DNA from: Phoronis australis
Taxonomy: Eukaryota > Animalia > Phoronida
Direction: 5' to 3'
Length of the DNA stretch: 64,000 nt
NCBI GenBank assembly: GCA_002633005.1
Contig: NMRA01000318.1
Location: 450,083-514,082, forward strand
Part shown: piece by piece, positions 1 through 12,423 of the stretch
How the letters are laid out: every line of letters starts with the position of its first letter
How positions within the stretch are numbered: position 1 is the stretch's first letter
Program-made: the position numbers and the translations under genes
Notes under the pieces: model-generated
Database searches by the model: none
What the model saw: only the letters and a program-made list of their open reading frames with translations
Told to the model about the DNA's origin: nothing

Positions 1-467
1 TGGGTGGCTATTTATCTAGCCAAGGATAGAAAAGGAGAATATTTTGACTCGTGCGGCCTGCCACCGCTATCGGAGAGAGAGACTTTCTGGAAAGAAATAC
101 CAATGGATGGACAACCCGGACCAGACAACATGAGGTGTGACGTCATTGATACTTCCATCCGGTAGGCGGATGATGTCACATAATACGTGACCTTTGACCT
201 TTCCCTTTGGATTGATGACCTTTGACTGAGGACCCGCAAAAACGTGCCACGAAAACAACATGCTGCCTTACTGTTCTGCTTTGAGAAACAAACGCGTTTA
301 TGAGAGTAGAGTAAACTGTGTAACTTTTTTGTTTTTAGCCAGCTAAACAGGGCGAAATTCAGCTTTTATATGCGCTAACTGCGAAGCGATACCGAAGCTC
401 GTTTACAGTGAAACAATATGAGTAGGTGAGATAAAAGGTCATATATATTATGACAAACTAAACTACT
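1..467 (+). mobile_element. Polinton/Maverick remnant: adenovirus-like cysteine protease fragment plus right terminus
   Basis: Frame 1 from nt 1 reads WVAIYLAKDRKGEYFDSCGLPP, then frameshifts to FLERNTNGW. This matches the adenain-type (H)WVA..YFDS(Y/F)G.PP motif. The segment ends in ACTACT (462-467), the reverse complement of the AGTAGT Polinton terminus. Confidence 0.7.
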
Positions 468-1048
468 ACAGATTTTGATAAATACAAAAGTTATATAATA
501 TGTTGAGCTGTAAAGGTGGGTGACAATCTGTCACAGATGCAGCAGAAGGATGCATCCGCCCACCCAAGGGACAAAAGTAGCATGAGTAAAAGGGGCTAAA
601 AGTAGGCACGAAAATGAGAAAAAGACGAACACGGAGTGGGACAGCTAGGCAGCATGACAAAAAACACAACAAGGTGTCGAAATCATAGTAACTGAAACCT
701 TAGCGGAATATAAAGCTATAACATGAATAGATAAAAACTAAGGAATATACATAAGGAACATACAAAACCAACAAAAAGCCTGCTGTCTACACAGGTATAG
801 GTAAACAGAAACGGCGACACGTACCGACAAACATACATACAGATAAGAAGCAGCAAACGGAGGCACCGTCAAAAGTAAACCGATATAACGCATGGAAAAA
901 AATTGCGAAGTAGGGAATAACCCGTAATAGGGCATGAGGTAAACCAACAACAAATATAAAAGGGACGGGAAAGCGTGCCCGGCAGGGCAAACCCCGAAAA
1001 GGTGAGTGGAAAGGGCGCGACAATGAAAATGGAGAGTGAGTGAATCAG

Positions 1049-1258
1049 GACACTGGCAATACTTGCGTCCTAGGGTGAGAAATGGGGGGAGTGAAATAGA
1101 CACTGGCGATATAGGTGCCCGTGAACGGGACACTGGCAATACAGTTGCCCCATGATGAGAGGGGATTGGTGAGTGAGACGGGGCACTGGCAATACAGTTG
1201 CCCCGGTGTGAAGAAACGGTGTAAGGAGGGGAAGCACTGACGATACAGCTGCCCCTGG
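1049..1258. repeat. Five spaced copies of CACTGGCAATACAGTTGCCCC-like motif downstream of the recombinase
   Basis: Degenerate copies near 1051, 1101, 1131, 1184 and 1235 with variable spacers. Confidence 0.75.
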
Positions 1259-1269
1259 GTGGTGAATGA

Positions 1270-2230
1270 TTATGTCAATGAAGGAGTGGGAATGTTAGTA
1301 GCGGGGATGTTTAAGGATGAGAGGTGAATGTAGTTCTTGAGCGCGTCGGACTTCCAGCAGCCCATACGCTGAATGGTGGAGTCTGGAATTTGGAGGGTAG
1401 CAGCGGAGGTGGCTGCACCAATACGGAAACTATGAGATTTATAGAGTTGAGGATCGAGACCGCCACACTCGAGTACCAAGTTAAGGTGGCGAGTGAAGTA
1501 AGAGCGAGTTATGGGGGAACCATTGGGGGAACTGGAAGAGAAGGCCAGGGGAGTGTTTGGAGAGATTGAGGTAGTGCTGAAGTGTTGCAACAAGACAATG
1601 GGGACCGGTAGAACGGGAGATGACGAGAATGGTAGGAGTATGGTCATGATGTTTGTAGTGGGAGGTAATGAGAGACATGGACGTAGAGTTGACTGAGACA
1701 ACAGAGACCTGGAGGACAGAGATGGGGGGGTGAGGCAGAGGTGGCGACAGTAAATTCGCGTGAAAGGCGGTGGAAAACATAGCAGCACAGAGAGATGCGT
1801 GGAAGTGAGAGTTGAGAGCAGAGGGTAAAGCCTTGAGAAGGCGGTGAAAAATAGGTGTTTTTATCGGGAGCCGGGTGTCCACGGATGGCCGCGAATTGGG
1901 CACGCCTTTCAGAATTCTCTTGACCAGAAAGGAGGAGGTAGGTTCAGGCAAGGAGTCCAGTTTATGAATGAAACCTATGGCGGAGATATACGTAGAGATG
2001 GTGGATGCAGTTAAGCCAGACGAGAAGAGGCGTGCTATGTAAGAAGCTAGGTTCGATGTGGAGACAGGAAACACAGGCAAGGGACATGCTGGTGATGAAT
2101 GGTAATGGAGGAAAAGGGAAAAGACACGGCGGTAAGTTGAAATGGTGGATGGGGCAAGGGACGCCCGGAGGAGCGAAGTCAGAACGTAAGGAATTGCTGA
2201 GGAACTGAGTTCAGTGTTGGAGAGAGCCAT
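1270..2230 (-). pseudogene. Frameshifted tyrosine recombinase of the DIRS/Ngaro element
   Basis: N-terminal SLAPSTISTY...STISTYISAI...DTRLPI. C-terminal catalytic boxes YKSHSFRIGAATSAA and IQRMGCWKSDALKNYI lie in a different frame. Confidence 0.88.
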
Positions 2231-2809
2231 GGAGCCATGGAAAATGCATCCTGGAAAAGAAACTGAGACAATTTATCGGCAATGAAATTAGTTTTGCCAG
2301 GAATGTGTTTGGATTTGAAATGGATGTTATGGTGCAGGGTAGGGAGGACGAGGTGTCGGACAAGGCGCATAATGTTAGGGTCTTAAGAGGAAGTTTTATT
2401 GATGATATCTCAGTCGGCAGTCTTGATTTGAGCAAATGTCTGGCAGACGAGGGCGGGAATCGGTAATTTGTAACTTGAAATAACATTAGAAAAAAACACT
2501 GCGATACTTATTGTTTTATAGTGCTGGTCAAAGCTAATAACTTCAAAAAGTCTGTCCGATTCAATAGTAACCCTAAAGATGCGTTTTTCAGTTTTAAAAA
2601 CGATATCTTTTATTCTCATAAAATAAGGCTCATAATCATGTGATAAAATTCCATTTCCGTGACCTAAGAACATCTTAACTGTTACCGATCCGGAGATCAC
2701 GAGTTTCATGACGACTCAAGAAACCGCTTTAGAGATTATTGGTGCTGGCCAACCCTAAAGTTATGAATTCCAAAGTGTGCTACTGTAGTAACAGCTGGCA
2801 GACACGGCA

Positions 2810-4206
2810 ATGTCTACGACAGCCTACAACTGCGATTTTGCATTATGTGACTGCGACAGCGACTCGTTACAACATAATGTGGACTAGGTTTTACTATGTT
2901 CAGATGTTTTGACACACATGGTCATTCTTCTGACTATTGTTTTAAACTACTTGTTCTCTCTTATTACAGTTCCCATCGACACAGAACAGTTCGTAAGTAT
3001 CCTAGTTGAATAAAAAGTAAGGTAAAAAATGTTTTGTGGAAGAGGGAAATTTTCAAGAAATTTTGTATAAATTACAGGTGAGTGAAAATTAGAATTGAAG
3101 TGACATTATGGGTGACAAAATTCCTTTTTTGAGATCTGCTGCAGCGCGGAATTGAACCTGTCACCTCGTATGTTTTAGTCAACACTCTGCAGGGGCGGAG
3201 CTAATGCTATTCGATAAGTGTCTTATTGTGGTAAAGTCTCCAACTTTGATTTCAGCCAATGTCTGGTAATAAAACCACAAAAACAGAGAAAATTTTATTG
3301 TTTTGTAACTCTGTTCAAAACTCGTAACTTCAACAACAATACAACACACAAATGCGCTTTTTCGGGCCAAAAACAATAATGTCCCTTGAGAGACGTGTAA
3401 TTGTGTTACCTACAACAAAAGTGTCACATAAACTTAAGATTACTTACAATTATAATAACTTTTTTACAGAATGATTTTCTGGAAGAATTTAGGAGTTTGA
3501 GAGTGACGATTGAAGAACAGAAAAGCCAAATCACAGCTTTAAAGCACGAGCTTGAAACTCAGCGAGAACAATTTCAAACCCGATTTGATCAGCTGGAAGG
3601 GAAAATAATGCAGTTGAAAGATGAGAACAGACAATTGGGAAGGAAGGTGGAGAAGGCGGAAACTGGGAAGGTTCTGTTTATCATGATTTTAAATATCAAG
3701 TATAACCGTAGTCGTAGTCTGTTTTGAACATACATTCGGGCATTAAATAAACGGGTCCTTTCTCAAACTGCCTTGTCCCAACGTTAAGCTCGCTCCAAGT
3801 TGTCTTGTTTGGTTTCAACATGAAAAGCATTGCCTATGCGCTGGGTTATTTCCATTTGCATCTCCCTCCCTCTCCCTCTCCCTCCCACTCCCTACCTCCA
3901 TCTCTCTCTCTNNNNNNNNNNNNNNNNNNNNNNNNNNNNNNNNNNNNNNNNNNNNNNNNNNNNNNNNNNNNNNNNCTCTCCCTCTCCCTCTCTCTCCCTC
4001 TCTCTCTCTCTCCCTCTCTAGCTATGACAATTGTATTGTGCCTAGTTATGAAGTTATGATCATTGCATTGTCCCTCTTTCCTTTATTAGAATGCACTCCA
4101 CCTAACGCTCCTTGCGGCGGGAGGGGCGGCACTGATGGGACCGGCGGGACTGGCTGCAGTGATTGGATTGGGTGGTGCCGCTGCATGCAAAGCATTGGAT
4201 TACTAA
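2810..4206 (+). CDS. Locus A: spliced small coiled-coil protein with Gly/Ala-rich hydrophobic C-terminus (possibly a pseudogene); exons about 2810-2887, 2970-2992, 3470-3670, 4090-4206
   Basis: Canonical AG/GT sites: ttacag|2970, 2992|gtaagt, ttacag|3470, 3670|gttctg, tattag|4090. Exons join in frame as PIDTEQF-NDFLEEF...KAETGK-NALHLTLLAAGGAALMGPAGLAAVIGLGGAAACKALDY*. The first exon (ATG 2810) hits TAG just before its donor, so the start is uncertain. Confidence 0.6.
3862..4020. repeat. CT-rich microsatellite containing an assembly gap (N 3912-3975)
   Basis: (CT)n/(CCT)n tracts on both sides of 64 Ns. Confidence 0.95.
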
Positions 4207-4296
4207 GAAACAGCCAGCGATGACGTCACACCGGCCGAGTGAGCAATGGTCGTCATGTGTTGAGTTCTTAGAGAGTCTATGTGTTGTTTGAGTTAA

Positions 4297-5847
4297 AGAC
4301 GTAGTTTCACACCAAAACTGCTTTTCAACACAAATAATAGCACTGGGTGAATCTGTTGCACAGGGCAGTTCTTGTCCGCACAGCTTGGTTAATGAGAACA
4401 GCACAGCATTAAAAGGTTCCTGAAGTACAATAACATGCATTTTTAATGTAATTTAATTGATGAATACAGTCTATATCAGAAAGCACATCTTTGTTATTCT
4501 TTCACATTTTTGTAAAAAAGCGTTTTTCCCAATGTTAATTTCTATTGGCTAACGCGCGTCTGACGTCCCTGAGGCTGTACAGTGAGTGAAGGCAATGAGA
4601 TAAATTTAGCTTAATTATTATGCATAGGCCTATAGCTACATGGCATTGTGTGAATGCCTCTCGGCTAAAGAACTGACGCGTATAACTGGTCTGCGATCTC
4701 GCATTTTGATCAAAAGTTCATAATACAAGTTTACTTTAGTGTAATGTTGACTATTATTAGAACGATGCCGTTTTCGGCATCAGGCTACGGAAGGGCCCCG
4801 TAACCTTGCCTTGGTGTGAGCTGTACACATCCTAAATGTACAGTCGTTACACCGAAAAAACGTAAAAACTGATCAAATAAAATCTGACACAAAATTAGTG
4901 TCATTAAAAATTACTCTCTTCCTAGAGTAAACTAAATTAGCTTATTTACCGGTGTTGAAAAAATGGCGTTCTGTCGTTCACTCTGCTGCTAAAGTTTAGG
5001 TGGACTCTTTCAGGTCGGCTTTCGGCGCCCTCTTATTGGCCAATTTCATTCCTCGAGTTGTTCTTCCAAGTATAACAAGCGATCGATGCGTACATGTCCG
5101 AACAAATTGTTTGAGCTGATTTCATTTCCTTTCAATTTTATAGAATTTTAAAACCCGGAAACCGAATTTCAAATTTTGCTCCTGTGAAGCTGTCATCATC
5201 TTTCGACATAGGTAGCAAAATTTTAGGAAATAGCGCGTGCTGAGCGCACTGTTTTCTTCGTTACAAAAGGCTGAGAATTATGAGATAAAATAGCGTTTAC
5301 TAGATTTTCACTTAAACGGTTCCAGCGGGAAAGGTGAGTGTCTGTTGACACCAGATATTCGTACGCTCCCGTGCCGGTTTATAGCTCTACATGTTCATAT
5401 AGCGGCGACGAGGTTACGAGCAGAAGTACATGGGCTATGTGAAATTTCTGAGTCTAACGGAGCTCAACACACAGTGCTACTAGTACCTAGCTGTAGTTTG
5501 AAATTAGTCTTCATACAGCTAGCTGGCTGGCTAGGACCAGGATGAATCAACGTCACAGGAAAGAAAAACGAAAAAGGTTGTGAGTATGCACATGACTGAT
5601 GTGGATCTGTCGACTGGACTACGTACTCGCACGGCTAATGACCTTTATCTCTTTATGCTGTACAGCCTCGGTGACGTCACGAAAAACAGCGCTTGCAGTG
5701 GGGCTTTACGGAACTAATACATTTTTACTTTTCGAAGTAAAAAAGAAAAATACTGTGCACTATTTAAGAACATGTGGATGCCAGTAACCAACCTTTATAC
5801 GTTCAAAATTCATATTTAAATGCTGAAACATGTAATTCGGGCCTCTT
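4297..5847. mobile_element. Possible non-autonomous Kolobok-type DNA transposon
   Basis: TTAA|AG at 4293-4298 and CCTCT(T)|TTAA at about 5842-5851, with only weak terminal inverted similarity and no intact ORF. Confidence 0.35.
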
Positions 5848-8800
5848 TTAATGACCTTTTCCTACTGTAATATCAGGTGTTTTAATTAATTGAAAACGAG
5901 TGTCTCCCAGCTGCGTGACACGTTTAGTAACAATGCCAGAACAGATACGTTAGCAAAGAAATATCTGCCATTGGCATGATCGAGTGAGTATTAACTGCAG
6001 ACAAAACACCGTCAAACAGGCATCACAAAAAGTGCAATGAAGAGAACCCAACATTAACATGTGATTGGATAAAACGTTGAAACCAAGTCTCACTACATAC
6101 CACAACTCCCTTTCTTCGGTCATATTGTTATTGTTACACTAGGAGTCACAGCAAGATCTCCACATAGAATCTCCTCCATTATGTCGAAGTGCTCCCAAGT
6201 GCGCCGCCCCTGACCAGTTTTTGCAGGACAGTCTTATACCTAAAACATATCAATCACAACCGCATAGAAAGATAGACCACATTAAGGTGGATATATTACC
6301 GAGACTCACAAATTAATAAGATATATGTAGTCAGTTACACAAAATGACTCATTTCAGACATGAACCAGCAAAGGACCATGACAAAGTAGCTCATTTCAGG
6401 CAAGTCATGTCAGGAAATGGACGACAAATGTATGAACCAAAGTTGAAACATTTTACCCACCGGAATTTCATGTTGTCAAACTTTTTCAGACATAATTCCC
6501 ATGACATTTGGACCCCTTTTGATTTCATGTCCTCTGAAATGGCTGTCCAGAAATATTTATCTTAGGGTATACATTCTTTACATGCTTTCGATTACGATAA
6601 CACTCCAGTAAACATCTTAACATTTTCTGGGGTCCATTTACACCTTCAGATTCTGAAAGTAAACAGAAGTACTACATTAAAGATGTCTCATTAAATCGTG
6701 AATATGCAAATGAAATACTAGTTTACAAACAACCCCAGGTCTTCCGGTGAGCCAGAAATCATCGGAGAACCACTTACCATTACAATCTTGCGAAAGCCTT
6801 GTTTACAATACTATTTTTATGTAAATGAGTATGACAATATGTCATCATTACCATAATAAAACAAGGCACAATTTTAATGCATGGATTACATGTTCATTTC
6901 ACTATCAAATAACGATTGCAGAATATTTGGAATTACTAGGGTTTCCTTTATATTCACATTTGTTTTTCAGTGTATCAGTTGTGGTGTTTTCTTTAAAACC
7001 GTAATTTATTTACCAATCGTTTCTTTTATTGATTATACTTGTACACACAGTTGAGTTCTCCAGGAAGTCACAAGATGACACTCGCTTCAAATTTGAATAT
7101 TCTCGATTACATAGCATCCAATGCAATGTGTCAGCTTCGACTTCTTTGTATATGAGCACTGCACCATTAAAATGACAGCCAAAGTTATAGGTTTGCAGAT
7201 AGAAAATGAAGTTGGGAAAAAATTCCAGCAGTGGAAATGGGCAAGCATGAATCTATTCAGAAAAATGGAAAGCAAATGTACATACTAGATCAACAACATG
7301 TCAACAAATGGACAGATACAACATCACATAAATGAATGCAGTAACTGTTTTCTAACACTCATAAACACCAATTGTTAATTAATTAAGTGCTACAAAACCA
7401 ACCTTCGCCATTTTCTAACTGCTCATCTACCACAGAGGCTGTAGCTAAAATTAAATTAAATTATCGTTAAAAGATGTATTGTTTCAAAAACAACTATCAT
7501 GACAAACACTTTAAACAAGCAACCCCAAAACCACTACACTCACACATAAAGGTTATTGCTAACCATTACGAGAAAATCTGACTTACCCCATATCCTATTA
7601 TAGTATTGCAAAATTCTCATGCAAATAAATGAAACATCAAATATTTTTTGTATAAGCTGCTACGACTTCGGGCACAAGTGCTTCTATAAAATTTTGTTCT
7701 GCTCTGGTACAACATTTAATATATAACAAAACCACCACAAGGGTTTACAGCCAACTTAAACATAACAAAGACTAAAGAGTGAAATGCAAGCCGTACTTCA
7801 CACAAACTGATAAAAAGGAGCTCTAAGATATAACTGGTACAAGAAGTGACATTAACTAAACCATTTGTGAAACATCAATTGTTTTTGGTACTTCAATTAA
7901 TAAACCATAGGTCCTCCAAAATCGGCGCATGTATTTCAATATGTCTAGCTTTGTGGATGAATTTACCAATGTCCACGATTTCTACGATCCCTATTTAGTT
8001 GGTACTGCCAGACACAGAGAATCTTTCTTATCAGTCCAAAAACTAGGATCATTATGAACCTGATGTAAAGAATTTTTAATCCGAATCACTGACCAACAGC
8101 AAACTACAAATCTTGAGGGGTGGTAACTGAACTGATTTTCAGGTAAAATAAACTGAAACATACTCACAGCTTCTACTGTCTAACTGTATAAGACTATCAT
8201 GTGCTGCAAATAAATAACAGCTTGATTCAACCTCGGTCAACAAATTAATGCAACAATTCTATAGAAAAAGCCTAAGAACAAATACTTGAGGTTGTAAAAA
8301 CGTTATCACATGATCTGTAAAAATGCATTTTTGCATCATTTATTCAATATGTGGCACAAGAGATGCATTTTTTGCACTTTTGAGCATGAATGAAGACCTG
8401 TTGTTTAGGCAGCAACTGACCCTTGTCAAGAGAATAAAGGCATATATATCGAATTTATATGACTACTTGATTAATTCAATTACCGTTTGTAGTAAAAATT
8501 TACTATATGCCATTATGTTTCTGGAAAATAGAATATGTCCTAAGAGAATTGTCTAGTCTGCAAACTGCTGCTACGCTACAAAAACTTTACATAAAGCACT
8601 ACGATAGAATATCAAGAACAGAGTTACAGTTTGTTACAACATGACCTTTTCCATTTAAGAATTCTCGAGGTTTACATTCATGAAAGTTCTAATTTTGATG
8701 GCCCTCAAGTAGAAGGTGACCGTTTTAAGAAAAAAATTCTAATAATGTTTTAGTGTTTGAATCATAGGCTCTAGGAACAATGACAAATTTTATAAGATTC

Positions 8801-9149
8801 TGATCAGCAATTTCTGGGAAATGGCATTTCGAAATTAACCACCAAATTTGGGCATTTTCTACAGGTCCTACTTAAAAGAGTTAAGCATTTCTTGAAAACA
8901 TGGAATACAAATGCTTGTTATACAAAGCAACCAATAACATACTCACAATTTCTGCACTCAACCGGTACTAAAACAAAAGTGTAGACCAATTGAACATCAA
9001 AACCTCAACTAACATTTTCTCATAACTTTTACATCAAATAATAAACAGATGGTACACTTTGTTTCAAGTAGTTTACAAGCTTATAAAACCACTTACACTC
9101 TTGGTAATTAACACACTCCTCAGCATTATTTCTTATCCTTTTAATCAGG

Positions 9150-9800
9150 CCTCAGAACACGCAGCCTGACAATAGGGGAAACATCAGGATAACATTGCCT
9201 TTTGTGCCAGGGATCGCTGACCAGATCAAATCTCATATGAGGGGACACGACATTGCTGTTGTATTCAAACCTGTTAACACCATTAGGAGTACACTGTGAA
9301 ATGTGAAAGACAAAACCAGCAAAGAGAAAACATAAAATGTGGTGTATGGCATTTCATGCTCGGAACCAGGGTGTGGAGCAGCATACATTGGGGAAACCAA
9401 ACAAGCCCTGAAAAGTCGTTTCAACCAGCATCGGAGGTCCAGTTATGGGGACTGCTATGATTCTGCAGTTTTTAATCACATGGCTTCCACAGACCACTCT
9501 TTCGCCATGGAAGATGTGAAGATCCTGGATAGAGAAGAAAATTGGTTTCGGAGAGGAGTCAAAGAAGCTATCTACTAGAGAATTGAGAATCCTAGCCTCA
9601 ATAGACAGGGGGGCTGCGGTTTCACTTACCTAGTACATGGGATAGGGCGCTGAAGAGAATCCCGCGGAAACTGTACGACAGGTCACATGACAAGACACGT
9701 GACAACTCAGTGGCCTGATGAAGTCCTCGAGAGGAGGACGCAACGTAGCCATCTCCACGTACCGTAAGTCCAGTAATAGATTTATTGATTCTTATACTAT
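9150..9800 (+). mobile_element. Penelope-like retroelement 3' fragment (GIY-YIG endonuclease)
   Basis: ITLPFVPGIADQI...VFKPVNTI, VVYGISC...YIGET, SAVFNH, ILDREENWFRRGVKEAIY and PSLNRQGG, with in-frame stops. Confidence 0.92.
9709..9752 (+). ncRNA. Minimal type I hammerhead ribozyme of the Penelope element (GAAA core changed to GCAA)
   Basis: TGGC-CTGATGA-A-GTCCTC-gagag-GAGGAC-GCAAC-GTA-GCCA: stem I TGGC/GCCA, 6-bp stem II and cleavage triplet GTA. Confidence 0.8.
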
Positions 9801-12348
9801 AACAATCATTCACTACATTTGAAGTGACAAGCTGCAGGTAAAAGGCATTTGATTAAACGTAATAACACACCTCCTGCTCTCACCCTCTCTGCAGTGAACA
9901 TATCGAATTTACATTTAATAATAAGGCCATCTGGGTAAGTGGTTGTGACTGTTTGCCAATGCCTGGAAATAATTAACAAACATATACGCAGTTTTACACT
10001 GGCCAATACTAGCATATTAATGTTCAATAGTTAGTAATACGTCAACCACTCATGCCTCCACGGTTGCCATGGTCATTTCGTTGAGCACGCATTGACTACA
10101 GTAAATGGGTTGACAAATTTAACATTGCTTTACGTTCTTTTCTTAAGGAGGCGACACTACTCTAATGTGCAATTGAACACACCTCAGACAACAGACGGCG
10201 TACTTAAATAAAGCAAAATTTGCCATCACAGCAGGTGCTGCTAGAGATCACAAAACTTATCCATTGAGAACAGAAAGAGTTGGCAGTCTAAGTAATAAAA
10301 AGTCAATGGTGAAAAGAAAATTGTAAGTTGTGAAAAAAAATTTGCAAAGGGCGAATGTCTAACATGAACAGTAACTGGGGTACATATTCATTTCCAGTTG
10401 TGTGGAAGCAACTTATACCAATGACCCAATGATGGTGCTGAAATGAGATGAAATTCTCTATGGAGAATCTGACACACGAGTGGAGTCTTTTGACAGAGTG
10501 TTCAATAATGTAATGGTTAACCAAAGAGAAGATTTTGAAAGAATAAAATGAACTTTGGCAATGTAAAACCTACCTAAAATTTAAATGATGTTAATGTACA
10601 ACACAGTGACTGCCGCAGTAACTGCCTAGGGAATGTTTTTGCTGTGAAGCACAGCGTGTATCGAATACACAACACAAATACGTTCTGTATACAAGACTTT
10701 CATACCAAAACATATAGTCAAAATGTCCTGGTTACACAGGTGTTACGCTGTGTAATTTACTCCCGAATAATGTACACAACATAAATGATCTAACTGACTT
10801 TTGTAAGACCCATTTACATTTCTTGATGACTCGACATGTGAGTGCCACATTTGTGAGTACACTAAGACTGTAATGTTTTAGACAGTTTTTTTTTCAATAA
10901 ATGTCTATCTATATGTAGTTCTCTTAAAACTGTAAAATGTTGTATAATTTTTATTCACCTTCTGTCGAGGAACAGCACATGTGCTAATGTCTTATGTGTT
11001 TGTGAACCACACCAACGTGAAATACACCTTTCGATCCCCCTAAACTCCCCGTAGATCCGCTTTTGGCATTACTTGATCGTTGGTATACATACTGTCTTAC
11101 TGTGAGTGACAAACATCAGTTACGTTTTACTTTGAAATGTGTTTACAAAGTACAAAAAAGTAGACAAAATTTTGTTAGCAAAATAAGTAATATCTTTTAG
11201 CGACCAATGATATGCGACCAAAAATGTCAATAAAGTTCGTTCTAAGTTTTTTAGGCGTATTTAGGCCCCCTTGCTTGTCTGCCAACAAGATTACTCTACA
11301 AGACCACAAATAGTAAAAATGACACAGAAATAAATTTTGCCATATTAGTAGGATGCTGCATCTAATTGTGCGCCTGTTGAAATGTAAAAAAGACTTCCGA
11401 GTACAGTGGTCGTGTAGTGTAGTCGTAAAGCTGCAGGAACATACTGGCCTAAGAGATTCAGAGAACTGAAGCAGACGACACAGCCACAGGTATTTTGCCA
11501 CGAACGACATTTATGTCATTCAAATACAAATCTGATGGGAAGTAGAACAGACAAACTCAACAGTGCTACATTTTGTTTAACACACGTGCCTTAATTGGTG
11601 CTTCTGTCAACAATTGGCTGGAAATTTTCGAAAAACGAACGAAAATCATCGGCTTACCCTTCAATATCCGCCATTTTGCTACGCCTTGTACTAGCGTGAT
11701 CTTGCGAAGTCTTGCGAGACCTTGCTTTTAAGCTAGGTCCTAGCGTAGGTCCTAGCGTTACTGTACGCACGTCAGGTGTATTTGCCTGCTTCCTTAATTT
11801 ACGTTTGTATTGTTACCGTATTTGCATGAGGGTCCACCATATGACAGGTGTGCTTAAAAGGCCTGTTTAAACTGTGACATGGTTGATAAGAATGAAGCAA
11901 TGAAAGTTACAATGGTTATATTTCATAACTCGTGTCGAGCTCCGCCTGAATGGGACACTTGTGCAACATTTAGTACCAATTAGCGTTACAGATGAGGTAT
12001 AATGTAGCTAATGGGCAAATTTGCTTAATAATGGCTATGAAATCATCATCATTTTATGCACTGTATTGACGTTAGTCTGATCTGAATTTCAACATTCATT
12101 ATACTTACCTCAGATTTTGAGTTTCGAAAAGAAAGATATTAATTGAGATATATTACACGGTTTCGGAGATTTTCTTTCATTGTTGGACCGAGAACGTGTA
12201 ATTAACGCAACGTTTTAAATTAACTATGTCATTGTCAGTTCGAAAATATATGCTACTGATTTTGAGTAGCAAACAGGATTAGCGAAAACCGTAATAATCT
12301 AATTATGACAATTAAAACGAAATGTATGGTGTCTCTTTTGATTATTAG

Positions 12349-12423
12349 GGTCTATGGGCTTTGGGAGCCTTGGGATCCGCTTCATACAGTGGCAGCAAAT
12401 TCTTGTTCCACAAGTTGAATTAA
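12349..12423 (+). CDS. Orphan or alternative terminal exon of the coiled-coil gene family (GLWALGALGSASYSGSKFLFHKLN*)
   Basis: Acceptor attattag|12349. The upstream intron (11930-12340) aligns with 56210-56570. The downstream motif CACACCG.CCGAG...ATGGTCGTC.TGT is shared with the 3' UTRs after 4206 and 56724. Confidence 0.5.
   Translation, partial: GLWALGALGSASYSGSKFLFHKLN

Larger units (their letters stand above)
468..2410 (-). mobile_element. DIRS/Ngaro-type tyrosine-recombinase retrotransposon, 5'-truncated and degenerate
   Basis: RNase H tail (HIPGKTNFIADKLS, 2179-2370) overlaps a tyrosine recombinase split over ORFs 1481-2230 and 1270-1788. A non-coding 3' region with short repeats follows. 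Confidence 0.88.
6700..11674 (-). pseudogene. Degenerate multi-exon gene or intron-bearing DNA transposon, unidentified
   Basis: Minus-strand AAAATGGCGGATATTGAAGG|GTAAG (ATG 11674), an acceptor near 11532 and further GTAAG(T) donors near 9095, 7585 and 6777. The candidate exons contain stops. Confidence 0.3.

Noticed and set aside
1049-1258. CRISPR-like repeat-spacer array
   Set aside because: Eukaryotic retrotransposon context, degenerate repeats, irregular spacing and no cas genes.
4038-4223. ORF-track Cys-rich peptide ECTPPNAPCGG...WCRCM as a toxin or defensin
   Set aside because: Splice phase from exon 3470-3670 selects the other frame (NALHLTLL...). The Cys-rich frame has no credible start or signal peptide.
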